From positions 544,001 to 608,000 of the forward strand of contig JBGAON010000001.1 in NCBI GenBank assembly GCA_044221725.1: DNA of 64,000 nt. The letters run 5' to 3'. The stretch is from Elusimicrobiota bacterium. GTDB taxonomy: Bacteria; Elusimicrobiota; Elusimicrobia; F11. The translations under genes and the position numbers were made by a program. The notes under the pieces were generated by a model. That model did not search any database, was not told where the DNA came from, and saw nothing but the letters and a program-made list of their open reading frames with translations. How positions within the stretch are numbered: position 1 is the first letter of the stretch; every line of letters starts with the position of its first letter. Of the stretch, positions 50,658 through 60,215 are shown piece by piece.

Positions 50658-50675
50658 TTTTATTATGAAGACTGA
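50283..50675 (+). CDS. DUF559 (Vsr-like) endonuclease domain protein
   Basis: LRK.QTDAE..LW..LR, KF.RQ...GPYIADF, IIELDGGHH, D..RT.YL...GFKVLRFWN. Confidence 0.9.
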   Translation: MRQFAKNLRKDQTDAENRLWFFLRNKRLGGHKFYRQFVFGPYIADFCCRRKGLIIELDGGHHAEAKLKDAIRTEYLRRRGFKVLRFWNNEVMKNVELVLEVILKNLGAGDSFPHPNPLPKGRGDTFYYED

Positions 50676-51945
50676 CACGACTCCTCAAGACTCACTCGTT
50701 CGCGACGTCACCGCGCTTGGAACGCAAGCGCGGGTGGCGGCGCGCGTGCTGGCAATGCTTGAGGTCGATGTGAAAAATAAGGCGCTGGGCGCGATGGCGC
50801 AGGCCATTGTTGATGCAAAGAAGTCCATTGTCCAAGCAAACATGAAAGACGTGGAAGCCGCCACAAAAGCGGGGCAGAGCAAAGCGCTGATTGATCGATT
50901 GACGTTGAACGACGAACGTGTCGAAGGAATGGCCCAAGGGTTGCGCGAGATGGAGCAGCTGAACGATCCGACCGGCGAAGTCCTTCGCGAGTGGACGCGC
51001 CCCAACGGTATGCGGATTCGGCAGATTCGCGTTCCGCTTGGTGTGATCGGAATGATTTACGAAGCGCGCCCGAACGTAACAGCCGAAGCGGCCGGTTTGT
51101 GTTTGAAATCGGGCAACGCTGTTATCCTGCGCGGCGGCTCGGAGGCATACCACTCCAACAAGATTCTTATTGATCTGATTTCCGATGCTGCGTCAAAAGC
51201 CGGTGTGCCCGCGCACGCGATTCAGATGTTGCCGCCACAAGATCGGCGCAGCACAAGGATATTGTCGCAGTTGAACGGGCTCGTTGACTTGATTATCGCC
51301 CGCGGCAGCGAAGAGATGATCAAAGACGTGTCGGCCAACGCGACGGTGCCGGTTCTCGGTCACGGGAAGGGCGTGTGTCACGTTTACGTCGACAAGGCAG
51401 CCGATATGGACAAGGCCGTGAGCATCGCTTTCAACGCAAAGGTGCAACGCCCGGGCGTTTGCAACGCGATGGAATCATTGCTCGTGCACGAGCATATGAT
51501 GTGGGACATCCTGCCCAAAATTTCTGGCAAGTACATTAAGGCGGGCGTGGAGATGCGCGGCGACGATCGCGTGGTGGGCCTTATTCCGCAGGCGAAGCCG
51601 GCGGGGGAGCGCGATTGGGGCACCGAGTATCACGACAAAATTGTTTCGATTAAGATTGTTGATAGCTTGGACGACGCAATTGAGCACATCAACAAATACG
51701 GATCGGGCCACACGGACAGCATCATCACCGAAGACAAAAAGGCGGCCGCAAAATTTGAAAAGGCCGTCGATTCGTCCTGCGTAATGGTGAACGCGTCCAC
51801 GCGTCTGCACGATGGTGGCGTGTTCGGGTTCGGATCCGAGATCGGAATTTCGACACAGAAGTTGCACGCGCGCGGCACGATGGGCCTGCGCGAACTCACC
51901 ACCACGAAGTACATCGTCGAAGGCACCGGACAAATTCGCGAATAA
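50665..51945 (+). CDS. proA: Gamma-glutamyl phosphate reductase
   Basis: VPLGVIGMIYEARPNVT, LKSGNAVILRGGSEA, CNAME, SGHTDSI, NASTRL.DG..FG.G.EIGISTQKLHARG. Confidence 0.96.
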   Translation: MKTDTTPQDSLVRDVTALGTQARVAARVLAMLEVDVKNKALGAMAQAIVDAKKSIVQANMKDVEAATKAGQSKALIDRLTLNDERVEGMAQGLREMEQLNDPTGEVLREWTRPNGMRIRQIRVPLGVIGMIYEARPNVTAEAAGLCLKSGNAVILRGGSEAYHSNKILIDLISDAASKAGVPAHAIQMLPPQDRRSTRILSQLNGLVDLIIARGSEEMIKDVSANATVPVLGHGKGVCHVYVDKAADMDKAVSIAFNAKVQRPGVCNAMESLLVHEHMMWDILPKISGKYIKAGVEMRGDDRVVGLIPQAKPAGERDWGTEYHDKIVSIKIVDSLDDAIEHINKYGSGHTDSIITEDKKAAAKFEKAVDSSCVMVNASTRLHDGGVFGFGSEIGISTQKLHARGTMGLRELTTTKYIVEGTGQIRE

Positions 51946-52518
51946 ATGAGAATCGGATTCCTCGGCGGGACGTTCGATCCGGTTCACTACGGTCATTTGC
52001 AGTTAGCGAAAGCGGCGCTCGACCAATTAAACCTCGACCACGTTTATTTTGTGCTGTCGCCGTTATCCCCGTTTAAGAAAGCTAAGAAGATTACCGCTGT
52101 GTCGGAACGCCTCGACATGTTGCGACTCGCGATTGATCGACACGATGAATTTAAAATTGGCGAATGGGAATTGAAGCGACGCGGTCCCTCGTACACCGTG
52201 ACGACGCTCGCCGATTACAAGAAAGATCATCCGAAGCATCAGCTTTTTCTTATCGTCGGATCGGACAATCTGTCGCGATTCAACGAGTGGAAAGATCACG
52301 ACAAAATTTTAAAATTGTCCACGTTGGTGGTGGGCCGACGGCCCGGAATGCCACTCGAAATCAGCAACGTGGATGGCCAAATGATGTTTTTAAAAGGTGT
52401 TTTTCCTCTCATCTCTTCGACTGAAATTCGAACCATGTTTTCAAAAGGTCAGGAACCCTCGGGATTGCCGCTCTCGGTCAAGCGTTACGTGCGAAAGAAC
52501 CATTTGTATGGATCCTAA
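51946..52518 (+). CDS. nadD: Nicotinate-nucleotide adenylyltransferase
   Basis: GGTFDPVHYGH, SYTVTTL, IVGSD, ISSTEIR. Confidence 0.95.
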   Translation: MRIGFLGGTFDPVHYGHLQLAKAALDQLNLDHVYFVLSPLSPFKKAKKITAVSERLDMLRLAIDRHDEFKIGEWELKRRGPSYTVTTLADYKKDHPKHQLFLIVGSDNLSRFNEWKDHDKILKLSTLVVGRRPGMPLEISNVDGQMMFLKGVFPLISSTEIRTMFSKGQEPSGLPLSVKRYVRKNHLYGS

Positions 52519-53098
52519 GAAGCTTTACAAAGTGCTTCGTGAGAAATTGAAAGAAGAACAATCGCGCAACCGGTTTGAACATTCGGTGAGTGTCGGGGAC
52601 TTGGCGGCCAAGCTTGGGGCGAAGTACGGCTGGAATCCGGATCGCGCGCGGCTGACCGGTCTTCTTCACGATTGCGTAAAAGAATGGAAACCGAAGAAAC
52701 TCAAACGTTACGCGCGCAAGAATAAATTGCGTATCCCGGCGAAGAATGTCTTGCTTCAAATATCTCCGAACATGTTGCACGCGTATGTGGGCGCGGACTT
52801 CGTGAAGAAGCAGGGTTGGATTCGAAACAGCCGCGACCTGCGGGCGATTTCGTCTCACACGTTGGGTCGACCAGGAATGACCATTGAAGAAAAAATACTG
52901 TTTGTCTCGGATTTTTCCGAGCCGAAGCGCCGCTACAAAACTGCCGATGATATTCGGAAAATCGCAATGAAAGACCTCGATAAAGCATTTCGCGAAACGC
53001 TGGCCGCGAAGATTGCGCGGCAGCTGAAAAACGCTAAGCCAATTCACCCGTTGCCGGTCGTTACATGGAACAAAATGATTTGTCGCGTGCACGCGTGA
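52508..53098 (+). CDS. yqeK: YqeK-type HD hydrolase (symmetrical Ap4A hydrolase)
   Basis: RFEHS..V, GLLHDC.K, LHA..GA, HTLG, SDF.EP.R; follows nadD. Confidence 0.88.
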   Translation: MDPKKLYKVLREKLKEEQSRNRFEHSVSVGDLAAKLGAKYGWNPDRARLTGLLHDCVKEWKPKKLKRYARKNKLRIPAKNVLLQISPNMLHAYVGADFVKKQGWIRNSRDLRAISSHTLGRPGMTIEEKILFVSDFSEPKRRYKTADDIRKIAMKDLDKAFRETLAAKIARQLKNAKPIHPLPVVTWNKMICRVHA

Positions 53099-54288
53099 AA
53101 ACGCAACGCGCGGTTGCGCTTTTCTTTCTTGTTCTAATTTTGGTCTCGATGGTCGGCGCCCAGCGTTCGCCCGTTGCGCTGGCCATCGACCGCGGCGAGC
53201 GCATCCCCATGATTTTGTTCGGTGTCGACGCCGCCGATGCGTCGCGGCACACCGATACGCTGATGATCGGTGTTTTTGATCCGGTGCGGAATTATTTGAG
53301 CGTGCTCTCGATTCCGCGTGACACGCGGATCGATCTCCCCGGTTATCGCTTTAATCGCGTGAACGAGATTTACGGGTACACGCTGCGGAAGACCAGCGAC
53401 ATGGTCGAAGCGTCACAGAAAGTTATTGACGGCGTTACCTACTTGTTGTCGAGCGACACGTTTCAGCCCACGATCAAATATTTTGTGCAGATCGATTTCG
53501 CGGGGTTTCGTCGCATGATTGACTTGTTGGGCGGTGTGTGGATTGTGGTGAAACAGCCGATGCATTACGACGATAATGCGGGCAACACCCACATCCATTT
53601 TGAACCCGGGCGCTATTTGCTGAAAGGCGACGATGCGCTGCGCTACGTGCGGTTCCGAGGTCCAACGGGCGATCGAGGTCGGATTTTTCGCCAACAAGAA
53701 TTTGTTCGGAGTCTGCTGCGCTCGGCCGCCAACCCGCTCACGGTTTTGCGCTTCCCGGAGTTTGTCGCGGCGCTCGATACGGCAATCAATTCAAATATGT
53801 CCGTCTGGGACATGGTTTACTTTGTCGCCGGAGCACGCCGACTCCGTTCCGCCGATATTGGCTTTTACATTCTTCCCGGGCAGATGTCGGGCGTTTATTG
53901 GTCTCCGAAAAGAGAAATGGTTCAACAAATGGCCGCCGTTTTGTTTTTGGGAAAGACGCCGGTGCTGGAAGGCGCGGCGCCAATTGCTCCGCAAGCCAAT
54001 AAAATTACGATCAAAGTGTGGAACGCTTCCGGCAAGACGGGATTTGGGTACGACGTCACAAAATTTCTCCGCAAAAGCGGATACGATGTTCTCGATTGGG
54101 GAAACTATTCCGCCGAGCAGTTGCAAACGCGCGTGATAGATCGGAGGGGGAGCATGGAAAACGCGCGCGCGGTGGCCGGAAGTTTGGGCGTTGAGAATTT
54201 TCATTCGGAACCGAACCCCAAAGCGTTGGTTGATGTGGAAGTGGTAATCGGGCAGAATTACACCGGCGTTTCAGAGGAGAAAAAATAA
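53095..54288 (+). CDS. LytR-CpsA-Psr (LCP) family protein with LytR_C domain
   Basis: TDTLM, SIPRDTR, IDLLGGV, ALRYVRFR...DRGRI.RQQ; C-terminal VWNASG...DVEVVIG. Confidence 0.9.
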   Translation: MKTQRAVALFFLVLILVSMVGAQRSPVALAIDRGERIPMILFGVDAADASRHTDTLMIGVFDPVRNYLSVLSIPRDTRIDLPGYRFNRVNEIYGYTLRKTSDMVEASQKVIDGVTYLLSSDTFQPTIKYFVQIDFAGFRRMIDLLGGVWIVVKQPMHYDDNAGNTHIHFEPGRYLLKGDDALRYVRFRGPTGDRGRIFRQQEFVRSLLRSAANPLTVLRFPEFVAALDTAINSNMSVWDMVYFVAGARRLRSADIGFYILPGQMSGVYWSPKREMVQQMAAVLFLGKTPVLEGAAPIAPQANKITIKVWNASGKTGFGYDVTKFLRKSGYDVLDWGNYSAEQLQTRVIDRRGSMENARAVAGSLGVENFHSEPNPKALVDVEVVIGQNYTGVSEEKK

Positions 54289-54312
54289 TCACGATTCAAA
54301 AAGGGAGCGTGA

Positions 54313-55386
54313 ATGGGAATTGATTTCGTAGGAATCCTCAAGTCCGCAGTTCAAAAAGGAGCGTCGGACATCCACATTGTGGTCGGCAAGCCCCCCATGC
54401 TCCGCATCCTCGGCGAGATTCAACCGCTCGAAGGTGCTCCGGTTTTGAAACCAGAAGATACCCAGCCGCTTATTTACTCCATTTTGTTCGATCAGCAGCG
54501 CAAACGATTTGAAGAGAAGCAAGAGCTTGATAGTTCGTTCACGCTGCCCGGGGTATCACGGTTTCGCGTGAATGTATTGATGGGGCGAAACGGAATTGAA
54601 GCCGTGTTGCGCGTGATCAACTCGACCATTCCAAAGGCCGCGGATCTGGGCTTTTCGCAAGTAATGGAAGATTTGGCGAAATTGCCTCGCGGTTTGGTGC
54701 TGGTAACGGGTCCTACCGGTTCGGGCAAGACAACGACGCTGGCGGCTTTGATTGACCTTGTAAATTCTTCTCGTAAAGATCACATTCTCACAATCGAAGA
54801 TCCGATCGAATTCGTTTACGAATCGAAGCAATGCATTGTGCGTCAGCGTGAAGTGGGAACGACAACGCAGTCGTTTGGCAATGCTTTAAAGGCCGCGCTT
54901 CGTGAAGATCCCGATGTGATTCTTGTTGGGGAACTTCGGGATTTGGAAACGATTTCGCTCGCAATTACCGCATCGGAAACCGGGCATCTTGTGTTTGCGA
55001 CACTTCATACGACGGATGCCCCGCAAACCATTGACCGCGTCATCGACGTTTTCCCGCCGCACCAGCAGCAGCAAGTTCGCGTTCAACTGGCGACCGTATT
55101 GTCGGCTGTTATCTGCCAAACGTTGATCCCCACGGCCGATGGAAAAGGACGGGTCGCCGCGCGAGAGATCATGATTGTAACACCAGCAATCTCAAACCTT
55201 ATTCGGGAAGGGAAGACGCACATGATCTATAACGCGATCGAAACGGGCGCCAAGTTCGGCATGATGTCTCTCGACAAATCGCTCGAGGATTTGGTGAAGG
55301 CCAAGAAGATTCGAATCGATGATGCGCTCGTAAAGGCGAAAGATCCGGCGAAAGTTCGACAGGCTGCCACCGGCGGAGCCTATTGA
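54313..55386 (+). CDS. pilT: Type IV pilus retraction ATPase (second paralogue)
   Basis: ASDIHI, GPTGSGKTTT, TIEDPIE, ALREDPDV, ETGHLVFATLHT, AISNLIRE. Confidence 0.93.
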   Translation: MGIDFVGILKSAVQKGASDIHIVVGKPPMLRILGEIQPLEGAPVLKPEDTQPLIYSILFDQQRKRFEEKQELDSSFTLPGVSRFRVNVLMGRNGIEAVLRVINSTIPKAADLGFSQVMEDLAKLPRGLVLVTGPTGSGKTTTLAALIDLVNSSRKDHILTIEDPIEFVYESKQCIVRQREVGTTTQSFGNALKAALREDPDVILVGELRDLETISLAITASETGHLVFATLHTTDAPQTIDRVIDVFPPHQQQQVRVQLATVLSAVICQTLIPTADGKGRVAAREIMIVTPAISNLIREGKTHMIYNAIETGAKFGMMSLDKSLEDLVKAKKIRIDDALVKAKDPAKVRQAATGGAY

Positions 55387-56273
55387 TGGTCGAAATCGAC
55401 CGTCTTAAGCGGTTCAAAATATTTGAAGGCGCGCCAGCGTCGTTGCTGGAAAAATTGAGCGCCACGCTCACCGAGAAAAAATTCACGAGCGGTGCCGTCA
55501 TTTGCAAAGAAGGCGATGCCGGCGGTGCGCTGTATGTCATTGAAAGTGGAAAAGTGGCTGTCGAGAAAAAAGCTTTCCATGGCGAGGCCGCATCAAAAAT
55601 CATTGCGCGACTCGAGTCCGGAGAATTTTTTGGTGAAATGGCCTTTCTGCAGGGGCTGCCGCACTCGGCGACGGTTACCGCGCAAGACAACACGACACTT
55701 TTTCTTCTAACGCGTTCGTCGTTGGATGATCTGGCGAAGAAAGATGCGGCGTCGGCGCTTGATCAGGTGCTCACGGTCGCGATGGGGCTCAGCAATCGGC
55801 TGCGGTCCACCACACGCGAACTCGTAACGGTTTTTGAAGTGGCGCGGTCCGTGGCGGAAGCAAAGACCATCGACGATTTGGCCGCGAACGTGGTTGGTCA
55901 GCTTCAGCTGGATTTGGGGGCCTCTACGTCGGTAGCTTTTTATCGATGGAACATGTTTAATGACGAATATTCCCTTCTCGTATTTCGAGGTCAGAAGGGC
56001 GACCCATTCCCGAATGTTTTGTCCTCCTCGTTGGACCCACTTCCATTTGAAAAAGGAAAATACATCTTGTCTCGAATCGATATGTTGAACGATCGCCAAG
56101 GTTTGCTCGTGTATCTGGCCGAGCAACCAAACTCATTTGATGCTGGTGAGCGTCAAATGATGGACACGGTTGCCGCCGTTCTCGCGCCGGCGTTGGCATC
56201 CGCGCGTCACCGCGAGGAAGAAGAGTCGCGCGAGCGTTTGATCCGCAGCAAACAATCGGGGTATACGCTTTGA
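55386..56273 (+). CDS. Cyclic-nucleotide-binding domain protein with C-terminal GAF-like domain
   Basis: ICKEGDAG..LYVIESG.V, GEFFGEMA, PHSATV; C-terminal F...ERQMMDTVA..LAPAL. Confidence 0.8.
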   Translation: MVEIDRLKRFKIFEGAPASLLEKLSATLTEKKFTSGAVICKEGDAGGALYVIESGKVAVEKKAFHGEAASKIIARLESGEFFGEMAFLQGLPHSATVTAQDNTTLFLLTRSSLDDLAKKDAASALDQVLTVAMGLSNRLRSTTRELVTVFEVARSVAEAKTIDDLAANVVGQLQLDLGASTSVAFYRWNMFNDEYSLLVFRGQKGDPFPNVLSSSLDPLPFEKGKYILSRIDMLNDRQGLLVYLAEQPNSFDAGERQMMDTVAAVLAPALASARHREEEESRERLIRSKQSGYTL

Positions 56274-56698
56274 GCCCGGTGGACGCGTTTAAATACGCGC
56301 GCGTTGCCGCGCGCGCGGCCGACGAAAGGCTTGGCGAAGATATTTTGGTTTTTGATGTGCGCCGCGAATCGAGTCTGGCCGATTGTTATTTGCTCGTGAC
56401 CGGAACGTCGCATCTGCACATTCGCGCGCTCGAAGATGCCGTGCGCGAGGCGCTGCGAGAGGCCGGTGCCGAACTTCGCCGCACCGATGGTCAGCGCGGT
56501 CACTTGTGGCGTGCGCTCGATTACGGGCAGCTGATCATCCATTTGATGGACCAAAAAACGCGGGAATTTTACGCGATGGAAAAACTCTGGGAACGCGGCA
56601 AGAAAGTGGAGTGGAGCAAAAAAGAGCCGGCGGCCACGAAGAGGTCCGCTCCCAAACGAAAAATCTCCCCGAAAAAACGCGCTCGAAAGAAACGGTAA
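56270..56698 (+). CDS. rsfS: Ribosome silencing factor
   Basis: EDILVFDV, AD..L.VTGTS..H, W..LDYG..IIHLM...RE.Y.MEKLW. Confidence 0.92.
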   Translation: MSPVDAFKYARVAARAADERLGEDILVFDVRRESSLADCYLLVTGTSHLHIRALEDAVREALREAGAELRRTDGQRGHLWRALDYGQLIIHLMDQKTREFYAMEKLWERGKKVEWSKKEPAATKRSAPKRKISPKKRARKKR

Positions 56699-56708
56699 CT
56701 TTTTTTCG

Positions 56709-58376
56709 ATGATTCTTTCCGAACTTAAACAATTAATTTCCGAAGCCACGTCGCACGCGCTCGCGTCCAAAGGCAAATCCGTCCCGGTTCCTGGTTTTGA
56801 TATCTCGACGCCGCCGCCGCGCGTGCCGGGCGACGTCGCATCCAACTTGCCTTTGATGTTGGCCAAGCAGGTGGGGGAATCTCCGAAGAAGATCGCTGAA
56901 GACATCATTAAAATTTTTCCGAAGAATGCAGCGATCGAAAAGGTGGAAGTGGCGGGCGCCGGATTCCTTAATTTCTGGCTTACCGATGCCGGATTCCAAT
57001 CGGAGCTCGCAGACTTGCTGGGATCAAACGGATCCGCTGCGCGCCACGGCACAACCGAGGCTCCGCGCGTAAAGACGCTCATTGAATTTGTATCAGCGAA
57101 TCCGACCGGGCCGCTCCATGTCGGGCACGGTCGCGGTGCGGCGCTCGGCGATTCCCTCGTTCGAATTTTGCGTTATCTCGGTCACGATGTTTCTGCCGAG
57201 TTTTATATCAACGATGCCGGTGGTCAGATTCGCAATTTGGGTTTGTCTGTCGAGGCGCGCATCAAAGAGTTGAAAGGCGAGCCGTTCCAGTTTCCCGAAG
57301 ACGGGTACAAAGGCGAATACGTGGTGGACATCGCCAAAGAAGCGATGGCATTAAAGAAGGTGTTTGCTCCCATCACGCCGACGCAAATGATCTTCACGGA
57401 ATCGGATGCCGCCGGTTATGCCAGCGCGAAGAATCTTCTCGTTATCAAGAAGACGCTCGCCGATTTTGGCGTCAATTTCGATCAGTGGTACAGCGAAACA
57501 TCGCTGCACGCGAAAAATCGTGTGCAGAAACTCATCGATGAATTGCGAAAGAAGAATTTGGTTTACGATCAGGACGGCGCCGCGTGGTTCCGGGCGTCGG
57601 ATTTCGGCGATGAGAAAGACCGCGTGTTGCAAAAAGCCAACGAAGCTCCGACTTATTTTGCATCGGACTTGACGTATCACTTGGACAAATACTCTCGCGG
57701 TTTCGGCCGCATTATCAATATTTGGGGGGCCGATCATCACGGGTACGCCCAGCGTCTGAAAGGCGCGTTGCAGGCGATGGGTCTCGATGCGACGAAACTG
57801 GAAATTATTTTCAACCAAATGATTTCGATCAAAGGCGGCCGGATGTCGAAGCGTGCGGGGAACGTGGTCACGCTTCAGGAAGTGGTGGACGACGTCGGAC
57901 GCGACGCCACGCGCTTTTTCTTCGCGCTGCGCAGCCCCGGTGCGCATTTCGAATTTGATTTGGATCTCGCAAAGAAACAAGCGAACGATAACCCCGTCTT
58001 CTATGTGCAATACGTGCACGCGCGTTGCTGTTCGATTTTTCGTGAAGCGGAGAAGCGAGGGTTTGCTGCGAAGGTCGAACATTGGGAAGCACGGAAACTG
58101 AAAGAACCTTTGTCGTCCATCGAAAAAGAAACGTTAATCCATTTGGCCAGTTTTGATCGCACCGTTGAGAATTGCGCAAAGGACAACTCCAATCATCACT
58201 TGACCGGTTATTTGCAGGAGCTCGCCGGAAAATTTCACAGCTTCTATGAGAAATGCCACGTGTTGGTGGACGACGAGTCCACGCGTTTGTTTCGCTTGGG
58301 GCTTGTTGACGCGATTCGTCGCCGCGTCGCGAAAGGTTTGGATCTGCTCGGCGTTAGCGCGCCAGAACAGCTGTAG
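56709..58376 (+). CDS. argS: Arginine--tRNA ligase
   Basis: EFVSANPTGPLHVGHGR, WGADHHGY, MSKRAG, NPVFYVQYVHAR, LGVSAPE. Confidence 0.97.
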   Translation: MILSELKQLISEATSHALASKGKSVPVPGFDISTPPPRVPGDVASNLPLMLAKQVGESPKKIAEDIIKIFPKNAAIEKVEVAGAGFLNFWLTDAGFQSELADLLGSNGSAARHGTTEAPRVKTLIEFVSANPTGPLHVGHGRGAALGDSLVRILRYLGHDVSAEFYINDAGGQIRNLGLSVEARIKELKGEPFQFPEDGYKGEYVVDIAKEAMALKKVFAPITPTQMIFTESDAAGYASAKNLLVIKKTLADFGVNFDQWYSETSLHAKNRVQKLIDELRKKNLVYDQDGAAWFRASDFGDEKDRVLQKANEAPTYFASDLTYHLDKYSRGFGRIINIWGADHHGYAQRLKGALQAMGLDATKLEIIFNQMISIKGGRMSKRAGNVVTLQEVVDDVGRDATRFFFALRSPGAHFEFDLDLAKKQANDNPVFYVQYVHARCCSIFREAEKRGFAAKVEHWEARKLKEPLSSIEKETLIHLASFDRTVENCAKDNSNHHLTGYLQELAGKFHSFYEKCHVLVDDESTRLFRLGLVDAIRRRVAKGLDLLGVSAPEQL

Positions 58377-58403
58377 TGCCGTCACGAATTGGAGAATAAA
58401 CTT

Positions 58404-59468
58404 ATGAACAATTGGAAAGAACTAACCAACAAAGCGCTAAAGAATGAACCTATTCTGCCGGAGGAAGCGTTGGGCATTTTGCAGTCGCCGGATTCGGAGA
58501 TTATGTCCGTCGTTGCTGCGGCCGGCGAGGTTCGGCAGAAATATTTTGGCAAGCGCATGAAGCTCAATTATCTTGTGAACGTGAAAAGCGGACTTTGTCC
58601 CGAAGATTGTCAGTATTGTTCGCAATCAAAAGTTTCTGACGCGCCGATCGCGAAATATCCGCTCATGTCGCACGACGACATTATTGCGCAAGCCGAACGC
58701 GGCATGGCTGTGGGGGCGAAGCGCGCGTGTCTCGTGGCCAGCGGTCGCGGCCCGAGCAATCGCGAATTATCCGAATTTTGTTCGTCGGTAGAGGTGCTGA
58801 AGAAAAAGCATCCAAATCTGGAAGTTTGCGCGTGCCTGGGGCTTTTATCCGAAGGACAAGCCGATAAGCTCAAAGAGAGCGGTGTGCACGCCTACAATCA
58901 CAACATCAACACCAGTGAATCCCACTACGAGCGCATTTGCGCCACGCACACGTTTAAGGATCGCGTGGAGACCGTCGAGAAAGCGCAGTGCGCCGGTCTT
59001 TCGTCGTGTTCGGGCGTGCTGGCCGGAATGGGGGAAACCGATCAAGATCTTGTCGATCTTGCGTTTACGCTGCGTGGAAAGAACGTGGACTCGATTCCTG
59101 TGAATTTTCTTGTTTCTGTCGATAAAACGCCGCTCGCGGGTGTGAACAATTTGACGCCGCTCCGCTGTTTAAAGATTCTCGCTATGTTTCGTTTCGTGAA
59201 TCCGACCCCCGAAATTCGTATCTCGGGTGGCCGGGAAGTTCATTTGCGCCATCTTCAGCCGCTCGGGTTCGCAATTGCGAACTCTATTTTCATTGGTGAT
59301 TACCTCACTACCCAAGGTCAATCTCCGACGGCTGATCTCGAAATGATTCGGGATCTCGGTTACACCGTTGAAGGTCAACCCGACGATTTCTTGGCCCATG
59401 TTCTCGGCCGCCCGCGTTCGGACGCCGATCTCAAACAAAAAGAGGCGGTTCCCTCCGTTTCAAAGTAG
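58404..59468 (+). CDS. bioB: Biotin synthase
   Basis: KSGLCPEDCQYCSQS radical-SAM motif, YNHNINTS, SIPVNFL, RISGGRE, NSIFIGDYLTT. Confidence 0.96.
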   Translation: MNNWKELTNKALKNEPILPEEALGILQSPDSEIMSVVAAAGEVRQKYFGKRMKLNYLVNVKSGLCPEDCQYCSQSKVSDAPIAKYPLMSHDDIIAQAERGMAVGAKRACLVASGRGPSNRELSEFCSSVEVLKKKHPNLEVCACLGLLSEGQADKLKESGVHAYNHNINTSESHYERICATHTFKDRVETVEKAQCAGLSSCSGVLAGMGETDQDLVDLAFTLRGKNVDSIPVNFLVSVDKTPLAGVNNLTPLRCLKILAMFRFVNPTPEIRISGGREVHLRHLQPLGFAIANSIFIGDYLTTQGQSPTADLEMIRDLGYTVEGQPDDFLAHVLGRPRSDADLKQKEAVPSVSK

Positions 59469-59483
59469 AGAGGAGATGCTGCG

Positions 59484-60215
59484 TTGACGCCATCCAAAGT
59501 TGTTCTTGTTACCGGCGCCAGTCGCGGACTGGGTCGCGCGATCGCTGTTGCGTTTGGTGCGGCGGGCTATGCCGTTGCCGTTAATTATTCTTCAAACAAG
59601 GTTGAAGCCGAAAAAACCACGCAGCAAATCCGTGGTGCGAATGGAACTGCCGAAATTTTTCAAGCCGACGTTCGTTCCTCGAATCAAGTAAACGCGATGG
59701 TCGTCGCGGTTGAGAAGAAATGGGGCCGAATTGATGTTCTCGTTAACAATGCCGGCAACGTGCACAACCGCACCGTCGCCAAGATGTCGGACAATGAATG
59801 GCGCGATGTGATGGCCGTGAATTTGGACGGCCCCTTTTATTGCATGCGCGCGGCAATCCCAATCTTTCGCAAACACAAATCCGGAAGCATCGTAAATATC
59901 ACGTCTTACATTGCGGTACGCGGTGCGCGCGGCGGCGCAAATTATGCGGCGTCCAAGGCGGCGCTCATCAATCTCACGAAATCGGTCGCGACCGAAGAGG
60001 GCCGAAACAACATTCGGGCGAACGCGGTCATGCCGGGGTTCCATGTGACCGATTTGAACACCGATACCTGGGCGAAACTTGAACGAGAGATTCGCGAGCA
60101 ACATTTGCTCAGCGAAATGCCCAACCGTAACGAGATGGCGAAATTTGTCGTCACCGTGGCGGAACTTCGCACGGTGACCGGCCAAGTTTTTTCCTTCGAG
60201 TCCCGGCTCGTATGA
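59484..60215 (+). CDS. FabG-like SDR (3-oxoacyl-ACP reductase)
   Basis: TGASRGLG, VNNAG, YAASK, N.VMPGF. Confidence 0.88.
   Translation: MTPSKVVLVTGASRGLGRAIAVAFGAAGYAVAVNYSSNKVEAEKTTQQIRGANGTAEIFQADVRSSNQVNAMVVAVEKKWGRIDVLVNNAGNVHNRTVAKMSDNEWRDVMAVNLDGPFYCMRAAIPIFRKHKSGSIVNITSYIAVRGARGGANYAASKAALINLTKSVATEEGRNNIRANAVMPGFHVTDLNTDTWAKLEREIREQHLLSEMPNRNEMAKFVVTVAELRTVTGQVFSFESRLV

Noticed and set aside
50196..50678. 160-aa minus-strand ORF over the DUF559 element
   Set aside because: Antisense shadow; its ends are translations of the inverted repeats.
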